Positions 52,029 through 58,846 of a DNA stretch of 64,000 bases are shown here, piece after piece. Made by a program: the position numbers and the translations under genes. Origin of the DNA: an uncultured Pseudomonadales bacterium (lineage in GTDB: Bacteria; Pseudomonadota; Gammaproteobacteria; Pseudomonadales; UBA7239). The notes below the pieces were generated by a model that was not told the origin of the DNA, made no database searches, and saw nothing but the letters and a program-made list of their open reading frames with translations. Each line of letters begins with the position of its first letter. The stretch's first letter is position 1. The DNA is taken from contig CAYOEO010000005.1 of NCBI GenBank assembly GCA_964403125.1, positions 1,280 to 65,279 on the forward strand. The letters run 5' to 3'.

Positions 52029-53411
52029 CTACAGCGACTGTCGTTGACTGAACAAGTTGGGGTTAAGCAACGGGATGAGTTCTTCTTCCACGCGAGCAAT
52101 GCCGCTGAGCAGTCGTGTATCTGTAGTTGTTTCGCTGTGAATGCTGGACAGTGGGATGCGAATGATATGTTGTGCTGCTTCTACACAAATTGCCCAGTCT
52201 TGTGTTGTATCGCCGACGATGAGGTATTCATTGCGGCGTTGTTGCTGTTCCATCCTGAGAATACTTTCGATGGATAAAACTGGGATAACTTTGCCTTCAA
52301 CATTGATGGCGCCGCAGATGTTTTCTTTGTCGTCATCCAGTGGTGTCATTGGAAAGAAGGGCAGGATGCGTTTGATGTTGTGCAGCGGGATAACAAAAGG
52401 TTTTTGGCAGAGCGTAATTTTCAAAAAGCTTAGCGTTTCTTCTTTTTGTTCGCTGCGCTGTTCTGTGTGTTGTTTGGTATAAGGTGCAAGAAAACCAGCC
52501 AGCGCGTCACTGATAATTTGTCGTGGGCTCAGCAGCAGTGTCGTGATGTTTTCGTGAATAAAAAGACCGGATACCAGTTGATTGCCATCAACAACAGGTT
52601 GAAAACTATCAAAAGGAAATTTTTTAACGCCGATCAACTGGTTGATAAGTAAGCCGTAATGTATGCCGTCACGTTCTACGACAATTAACCGCGTGTGCTC
52701 GGTACTAGCAGCGTTAGGATTGATCAGTCGAGCCAAATCCATGACGGGAATCGTTTGTTGGCGCAACAAACAAAACCCTAGCAATCCGATGGGTGCATCG
52801 GGTATGGGTGTGTAGTCGCAAGCTTCTAAAATTTCTACGACACTTTGCAATTCAAAAGCATACTGTTCTTCTCCGTTGCTGACGACGAGACTAGCGATTG
52901 TAGTGTTGTCTTCTGCTTCGTGCTGATTGATGCGCTTTCCGAGTGTGCCGCTACCGCCATCGGGCAGAGTGTCTGACCGTATCAGTCCACCAATTTTTTG
53001 TGGGTCGAGAATGAAAATGGTTCGTTCTTTATGTAACGCTTCGCCTTGTAAAAGTTCTTGTGGAATGGGTGGCTGATCCGTTTGCAGAGGCTGCACTACC
53101 AGCGTGCAACGCTCTTGTGTTTGGTCAACGTGCAGTGCGCACAGCGCGCGTCCTGTTTCAATCAAAATCAGTTCACTGCGTTTGGCTGCGTTTGTTGTGC
53201 CGCACAGTGTTGCAAGGTCAACTTGCAGCGCGATAGTGCCATCTACATTGATTAGCCCTGCCACGCATTCAGGCACAAATGGAATGGGCGTAACTGGCAG
53301 CGTGGGTAGAATTTTTTGTATACACGAGATAGGCAGCGCAAATTGATGTGCGCTGCAGCCAATCAGCAAAAAAGACGTGTCTGTTGTATCAGTGTTTTTC
53401 ATAAATAACAC
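52029..53411 (-). CDS. Triple CheW-domain scaffold protein
   Basis: Three CheW-like segments appear in the 460-aa protein: FALPISCIQKILPTLPVTPIPFVPECVAGLINVDGTIALQVDLATL, YAFELQSVVEILEACDYTPIPDAPIGLLGFCLLRQQTIPVMDLARL and FVIPLHNIKRILPFFPMTPLDDDKENICGAINVEGKVIPVLSIESI. Confidence 0.75.
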   Translation of the reverse strand: MLFMKNTDTTDTSFLLIGCSAHQFALPISCIQKILPTLPVTPIPFVPECVAGLINVDGTIALQVDLATLCGTTNAAKRSELILIETGRALCALHVDQTQERCTLVVQPLQTDQPPIPQELLQGEALHKERTIFILDPQKIGGLIRSDTLPDGGSGTLGKRINQHEAEDNTTIASLVVSNGEEQYAFELQSVVEILEACDYTPIPDAPIGLLGFCLLRQQTIPVMDLARLINPNAASTEHTRLIVVERDGIHYGLLINQLIGVKKFPFDSFQPVVDGNQLVSGLFIHENITTLLLSPRQIISDALAGFLAPYTKQHTEQRSEQKEETLSFLKITLCQKPFVIPLHNIKRILPFFPMTPLDDDKENICGAINVEGKVIPVLSIESILRMEQQQRRNEYLIVGDTTQDWAICVEAAQHIIRIPLSSIHSETTTDTRLLSGIARVEEELIPLLNPNLFSQRQSL

Positions 53412-54300
53412 ATTTATTTTGTCGATTTTCGTGAAATAGATGTGGCACAGTCATGGTGTCCACCAAACTGAGCATCAGGCTGCCGCCGAGCTGTAAGGCG
53501 TGATGCAGCGATCGAATAATAATTTTTTGCGGTTCGCTGTCCATATAAATCAGTGCGTTGCGGCAGAAAACGATATCGAAATCGCGATGCGGCGGTGTGG
53601 CGTTCATCAAATTGTGTAAATCAAATTGCACATAGCGTCGCACGCTCTCTTTGATCTGCCATGTCTTTCTTCTGTTGTCATCGTCATGTACGAGATCAAA
53701 AAAACGCAGGTATGCCTGCGGGAATTGGCGAAAGGAAGTGAGACCTTCTTGGCGTTGTGTGTAAGTGCCTTTGCGCGCAATACGGATGGCTTGGCGTGAA
53801 ATATCTGAGCCTAAAATTTCCAGCTTCCAATCGGGCAGCAGTGTGATGTTGCCGCGCGTTGCTTCGTGTGCCACACCTAATCGTACCAGTGTGTTTAGCG
53901 TGAGTATGGCGAGTGTGTAAGCCTCTTCGCCTGTGGCGCAAGCGGCAGACCACAAAGTGATTTTTTTCTGACCCCTGTGCTGTTTTTTTTCGTGTACTAG
54001 TTTGGGAATCACATAATCTTCCAGCGCGTTTAAGTGCGCGCGCTCACGAAAAAAATAGGTTTCATGATTGGTTAAATCTTCCACCAAAGCGGATAACTGG
54101 CTTTTGCTGGCATCCATTTCCAAGGTGTTAAGAAACGCTGACAATTCCGTGGAGTTTTGAAAAATTCGTTCTAACTTGCGCTGAATTTGTGGCGATGCAC
54201 GAAAGCCAGCAAATTGCTTTAGTTGTAACATCAATTGCTCGACCATCCGCGTAGCGGCGGAGGGTCGAATCTCTGAGAGTGAGTTGCTGCTGTTGGCCAT
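53389..54300 (-). CDS. cheR: Chemotaxis protein methyltransferase CheR
   Basis: An N-terminal helical domain, the SAM-binding ITLWSAACATGEEAYTLAIL and FDIVFCRNALIYM are present in a 303-aa protein. Confidence 0.9.
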   Translation of the reverse strand: MANSSNSLSEIRPSAATRMVEQLMLQLKQFAGFRASPQIQRKLERIFQNSTELSAFLNTLEMDASKSQLSALVEDLTNHETYFFRERAHLNALEDYVIPKLVHEKKQHRGQKKITLWSAACATGEEAYTLAILTLNTLVRLGVAHEATRGNITLLPDWKLEILGSDISRQAIRIARKGTYTQRQEGLTSFRQFPQAYLRFFDLVHDDDNRRKTWQIKESVRRYVQFDLHNLMNATPPHRDFDIVFCRNALIYMDSEPQKIIIRSLHHALQLGGSLMLSLVDTMTVPHLFHENRQNKCVIYEKH

Positions 54301-54330
54301 GCCCTATCCCCTGATTGCTTACGCGGGGCG

Positions 54331-54807
54331 CTATTGCAGGCAGACCACCAGCGAGGCCTTGAATCCATTCCATGTGAATGGCACAACGCCGATATCGTAG
54401 TTGCGCGGGAAGTAGATGTGTTCCGGTCTGCCGGTGACAACCACCGGAACAGAAATCATGAAGCCGGAGCCCAGGATTTTTCTGGCGTTGCCAGAAACGG
54501 TATTGGTTATCTCGCCAATCACATCGTGAAATAAGCTTTCGTCGATTTCAGGCTCGCCCATTGCCAGCAGCACCTGCCCCAGCATTTCCTTGGTGGCGGT
54601 CAAATAAATAGAACCTTGTTTATCGCCACTGACACCGATGATACCGGTGTACTCGCTGGCGGGCGTGCCGTTACTTTCCGTGTGATAAGACTGCTTGATG
54701 TCCAAATCGCCACCGATATTGGTAGCAAAGTAATGGCGCAGGCTGTCAACAAAAATTTGCAGTTCAGCTTCTTTCATGGGCCTGGCTCTCCTGTCGGGCG
54801 GTATCAA
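54331..54807 (-). CDS. cheX: CheX-family CheY-P phosphatase
   Basis: The DVIGEITNTVSGNARKIL segment carries the CheC/CheX E-x-x-N active-site motif. The size is about 148-158 aa, and the alternative start ATG 54777 gives MKEAELQ. It lies directly downstream of cheY. Confidence 0.75.
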   Translation of the reverse strand: MIPPDRRARPMKEAELQIFVDSLRHYFATNIGGDLDIKQSYHTESNGTPASEYTGIIGVSGDKQGSIYLTATKEMLGQVLLAMGEPEIDESLFHDVIGEITNTVSGNARKILGSGFMISVPVVVTGRPEHIYFPRNYDIGVVPFTWNGFKASLVVCLQ

Positions 54808-55172
54808 CCCTGGGCTTCCTCAATCAATTCTTCCAGCGCCGCGTTGATTTGATCGTCGTCGAAGGGCTTGGTCAGAAAACCTTTGGCGCCATTCTTCATG
54901 GCTTGGATGGTGGTGGCTTTGTCTGAAAGCGAAGAAATCACCAAAATCAATACATCGGGCTTGATGGCGACTAGATGTTGCACACATTCCACGCCGTCCA
55001 TTTCGGGCATCGTGAGATCCATGGTGACGAGCTCAGGCAGTTCGCGTTTGAAGACTTCAACCGCCTCCACGCCGTTGCTAGCCGTCAAGAAATCCGTGAC
55101 TTGATCAAGGGTAATTGAACGCTGAATCTTGCGCTGCATGACCGTGGAATCGTCAACAATCAGCATTTTCAT
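54804..55172 (-). CDS. cheY: CheY-like single-domain response regulator
   Basis: The 122-aa protein has LIVDDS, VTMDLTMPEMDG, VISSL and LTKPF (the complete phosphoacceptor set). It is the first gene of the operon. Confidence 0.9.
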   Translation of the reverse strand: MKMLIVDDSTVMQRKIQRSITLDQVTDFLTASNGVEAVEVFKRELPELVTMDLTMPEMDGVECVQHLVAIKPDVLILVISSLSDKATTIQAMKNGAKGFLTKPFDDDQINAALEELIEEAQG

Positions 55173-55319
55173 GGAACATCCTCAAGTAGTGTTTGTATGC
55201 GGTCATGTTTTTACATAAACGCCAGTCTGTCAATGATTTTGCGATCTGTGATAACGAGAGTGGTTTGCATTGGTTTCAGGCGGTATCCTTGCCGCATGAA
55301 TGAGTGAGAGGTTGGATGC

Positions 55320-56957
55320 ATGGTGAAGGTGGCGATCAGTGACTTGATCGAAAATCAACTCCAGCAAGAGAAGCAGTTGGAGAAGTTTTTTCGTACGGCC
55401 ACGCCGCAATCGTTGAAGGCGCATTTGGCGGCTATGCCTGCGGGCGTGTCGGAGCAAATGGCGTACCTGAATGCTGTGCTCAAAGTGCTGAGCGAATTGG
55501 ATGTGCAGCCCGTGCAAGTGTTTTCACTGTTGGAAACCGTGCGCCCTGTGGTGTATGAAAAATTCACCATGCTGACCTCGCGCTTTTTAGGACGCTCAGC
55601 CGTGTTTCCTGCGCGTATTCAAGAGTTGTTGGGGCAAGCGGTGGCGTTGTTAAGCCACATGACTTCTTCGTATGACAATGTTGTCGAAGAGACGCGCGCA
55701 CAGGGCGATAAACAAGTGTTTATTTTGGGTGCAGCGATTCAACGCGCCATGGCAGATAAAGCATTTTTGCTGTACTGCTATCTGCAACTGTATTTGCCTG
55801 TGCCGCAGCAGTTGTGGCGACAATTCAACAAACTGTATTTGATTGCGTCCGACAATAAATTATTGATTCAGACCACGCCTGATCCGTTGGTGTTTCCGCG
55901 CAAACCACTCAATTTACGGCAAATTTATTTGTACGCAGTGATGATGGATTGTTCAGATACACCGCATTTGAATTGTGGTGATATTCGTACGCTGTCTGAA
56001 GCACTCAAGGATTGGGTGCCACAGATTACGATTGCGGAGAGTAAGCCTGACAAAGATGAAAATCCTTTGGTGGTGAATTTGGAAGCGCCATCGGGCGCCG
56101 TGTTCTACGCCGATTTAGGCAACAAATACAGTAGTAAATTAATTTTCTTGCAATTGGATAAATTTTTCGCGCACTTGAAAGGGCTGAAAAAATATTCTTT
56201 GCGCGTCAGCATCAGCGAAGAATGGCTGTTTGATAAACCCATGATTGAGCAGTTGCTGGATCATTGGATCGTGCATAAACCCAAATCGACAGATCGTGTG
56301 GAGTTGAATGAAGTTGTCGTCGCGGTGCTGGGTATTTTGCCCGTGCATTACTATCTCGCCGGTTTTCGCACGCCAGAGGCGCTGGTCGGTAGTTCTGTTT
56401 TTGCCGAAAAAGATCCCACAGGAAAACTATTGTATGGTGAATTGCCTACGGCATTTCGTGTGATGACTAGCACGCCGCCCAGCATGAAAATTGAGAAGCC
56501 GGAATACTCGTACGAAAAAGTTATCGCTGTAGATCAAAGCCCCGGCGGTTATTGCTTGGAGTGGGTGAGCGACGCGCAAGACGAGTTGGCTGTAGGCAAA
56601 ATCGTCAGCATTCGCCACAAAATGTCGCCGTATTGGAAGGTGGGTGAAATTGTTTCCATCACGCACACCGATGACAAAAAAGTGCGCACGGGTATCAATT
56701 TAATTAGCACAGAGGCGGTGCCAGTTGTTGCCCGTCTGCTGAATAAAATTGATTCTCTGCCCATTCTGCTGTGCCCAGCAGAAAAATCTTTGAACCGCAA
56801 AAGCGCAACAGCAGTTGTACCCAAATCAGTTTGCCAAATGGGCGAGAAATTGCAGATTGCGCAGCTCGGTAACACACGCACTATTCAGTTGATGCAGCCG
56901 ATCAAACGCAACGACAGTTGTATTCTGTTCGAGTGCGCGTATATCGCCACGGAATAA
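55320..56957 (+). CDS. Uncharacterised 545-aa protein; helical N-terminal two-thirds and possible split PilZ-like C-terminal beta-barrel
   Basis: It is a long uninterrupted ORF with GAGAGG upstream, divergent from the che operon. The C-terminal region contains KSTDRVELNEVVVAV (K-x-x-x-R followed by a beta strand) and, about 80 residues later, VDQSPGGYCLEW (D-x-S-x-x-G). The PilZ assignment is tentative. The confidence value refers to the coding call. Confidence 0.7.
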   Translation: MVKVAISDLIENQLQQEKQLEKFFRTATPQSLKAHLAAMPAGVSEQMAYLNAVLKVLSELDVQPVQVFSLLETVRPVVYEKFTMLTSRFLGRSAVFPARIQELLGQAVALLSHMTSSYDNVVEETRAQGDKQVFILGAAIQRAMADKAFLLYCYLQLYLPVPQQLWRQFNKLYLIASDNKLLIQTTPDPLVFPRKPLNLRQIYLYAVMMDCSDTPHLNCGDIRTLSEALKDWVPQITIAESKPDKDENPLVVNLEAPSGAVFYADLGNKYSSKLIFLQLDKFFAHLKGLKKYSLRVSISEEWLFDKPMIEQLLDHWIVHKPKSTDRVELNEVVVAVLGILPVHYYLAGFRTPEALVGSSVFAEKDPTGKLLYGELPTAFRVMTSTPPSMKIEKPEYSYEKVIAVDQSPGGYCLEWVSDAQDELAVGKIVSIRHKMSPYWKVGEIVSITHTDDKKVRTGINLISTEAVPVVARLLNKIDSLPILLCPAEKSLNRKSATAVVPKSVCQMGEKLQIAQLGNTRTIQLMQPIKRNDSCILFECAYIATE

Positions 56958-56969
56958 CAGCAGTTTTTT

Positions 56970-58700
56970 GTGCACAAACGAATTCGGCACTATTCCGTTG
57001 ATACAAACAGTGCATTACTGCCAGATATTTCCCCCGTGTTGGCGCGGGTGTATCGCCATCGAGGTGTGCGCAGCCTTGATGAATTGGATTACAGTTTTTC
57101 TCATCTGCCTTCGCCAGATTTACTAAAAGGCATGCCCGATGCTTTGTCGCTGTTAGTGACAGCATTGCAACAACAGCAACGCATTTTGGTGGTGGGCGAT
57201 TTTGATGCTGATGGTGCAACGTCAACGGCAGTTGCACTGCGCGGTTTGCGCGCACTGGGTGCAAAAAATGTGGATTTTTTGGTACCGGATCGCTTCGTGT
57301 ATGGCTACGGTCTAACGCCAGAAATTGTGCAACTTGCGCGGCAACAATCGCCAGATTTAATTATCACCGTCGATAACGGTATTTCCAGCGTGGAAGGCGT
57401 GGCGGCGGCGCAAGCAGCGGGCATAAAAGTGTTGGTGACAGATCACCATTTGCCTGGTGCACAGTTGCCGGCGGCGGATGCCATCATCAATCCCAATCAA
57501 CCGCATTGCCCTTTTTCCGATAAAGCACTCGCCGGTGTGGGTGTAATGTTTTATGTGTTGCTGGCGCTGCGCAAACATTTGCGTGAAATGAATTGGTTTG
57601 CTGCACAGAAAATGGCAGAACCGAATTTGGCGGTGTTGTTGGATTTGGTGGCGCTCGGCACGGTGGCGGATGTGGTGCCGCTGTCATACATCAATCGCAT
57701 TTTGGTGCAACAGGGTTTGCAGCGCATTCGCGCCGGTCAATGCTGCGCCGGTATTCGCGCTTTAGCGGATATTGCTGGAAAAAAATTGCCGCGTTTGCTC
57801 GCGTCCGATTTTGGTTTTGCTATCGCGCCGCGCTTGAATGCCGCTGGGCGTTTGGATGATATGAAACACGGCATTGAATGTTTGTTGACCGATGATCCCA
57901 TCGCTGCGCAACAGTACGCGGCGACCTTGGATGAAATGAACAAGCAGCGCCGCGTTATTCAAGACGATATGCAAAATATCGCGCTCAATGATCCGCGTTT
58001 TGCCGCGTGGCAGCAGGATGATACCGAGCTGCCGTGGAGTTTGTGCCTGTATGACGGCAGTTGGCATCAGGGTGTGATCGGCGTGTTAGCGGGAAAAATC
58101 AAAGACCGTTTTCATCGCCCCGCGATTATGTTTGCCGATACGGGAGCCGGTGAAATTAAAGGCTCTGCGCGTTCAGTAGCGGGTTTGCATATTCGTGATG
58201 CGCTGGACAGCATCGCGGCGCGACACCCACACATCTTGAACAAGTTTGGCGGCCATGCAATGGCGGCGGGTTTAACCATCAAACGCGAACATTTTTCCAG
58301 TTTTTGTGCATTGTTCGAGCAAGAAGTGCAATTGTGGTTGGATGAAACCGATGTAGATGCGGCGCTACTGAGTGATGGTGAATTGACTGCGGAAGAAATC
58401 TCATTAGCTACCGCAGAACACATACGCGCTGCCGGTCCGTGGGGGCAGCGTTTTGCTGAGCCAGTGTTCGATGGCATTTTCAAAATCATTCATCAAAAAT
58501 TGGTGGCTGAAAAACATGTGCGCTTGCGTCTCGCGGCGGATGATAAAAACCTGTTTGATGCCATTGCTTTTAATGTGGATGTGGAGCAGTGGCAGCTCGC
58601 GGTGGGTGATTATGTGCGGCTAGCCTACCGTTTAGATGTGAATGAATACAACGGCGTACGCAGCGTGCAGTTGGTGGTGCAGGGTGTGGGTGAGTTGTAG
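56970..58700 (+). CDS. recJ: Single-stranded-DNA-specific exonuclease RecJ
   Basis: DHH-family motifs VVGDFDADGATS, TVDNG, VTDHH and GGHAMAAG are present in a 576-aa protein. It uses a GTG start. Confidence 0.95.
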   Translation: MHKRIRHYSVDTNSALLPDISPVLARVYRHRGVRSLDELDYSFSHLPSPDLLKGMPDALSLLVTALQQQQRILVVGDFDADGATSTAVALRGLRALGAKNVDFLVPDRFVYGYGLTPEIVQLARQQSPDLIITVDNGISSVEGVAAAQAAGIKVLVTDHHLPGAQLPAADAIINPNQPHCPFSDKALAGVGVMFYVLLALRKHLREMNWFAAQKMAEPNLAVLLDLVALGTVADVVPLSYINRILVQQGLQRIRAGQCCAGIRALADIAGKKLPRLLASDFGFAIAPRLNAAGRLDDMKHGIECLLTDDPIAAQQYAATLDEMNKQRRVIQDDMQNIALNDPRFAAWQQDDTELPWSLCLYDGSWHQGVIGVLAGKIKDRFHRPAIMFADTGAGEIKGSARSVAGLHIRDALDSIAARHPHILNKFGGHAMAAGLTIKREHFSSFCALFEQEVQLWLDETDVDAALLSDGELTAEEISLATAEHIRAAGPWGQRFAEPVFDGIFKIIHQKLVAEKHVRLRLAADDKNLFDAIAFNVDVEQWQLAVGDYVRLAYRLDVNEYNGVRSVQLVVQGVGEL

Positions 58701-58749
58701 GTCGCCAGTTGTGTGATGCGCTTCACATTTCTGAGTGAATACTCTGCTC

Positions 58750-58759
58750 GGGGGGGGGG
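58750..58759 (+). repeat. G10 homopolymeric tract in the recJ / adhesin-like gene intergenic region
   Basis: Ten consecutive G were counted directly (58750-58759), 88 nt upstream of ATG 58847. Confidence 0.95.
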
Positions 58760-58846
58760 AAGACTTGCCCGTCAGGTGTTTCGGTAGTAAAAGGAACTTA
58801 TTGAAAATAAAAAGAATAAAGGCTCTGCTCGAGCAAGCGAGGCGTG

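Noticed and set aside
45328-55172. Lower GC content of the che operon as evidence of horizontal acquisition
   Set aside because: Spot counts of three 60-nt lines in the operon gave roughly 32-42% GC against about 65% in one gltB line. However, pilN/pilO lines are similarly AT-rich (about 33%), no mobility genes or tRNA borders are present, and I cannot compute windowed GC or codon statistics here.
55173-55319. Sigma-54 or sigma-28 promoter upstream of the che operon
   Set aside because: On the minus strand there is a TGGCGT element, but the required GC 10 nt downstream of the GG is absent, and no TAAAG-N15-GCCGATAA match was seen. A perfect TTGACA (complement of 55228-55233) is present, but it lacks a convincing -10 at 16-18 nt, so no promoter is called.
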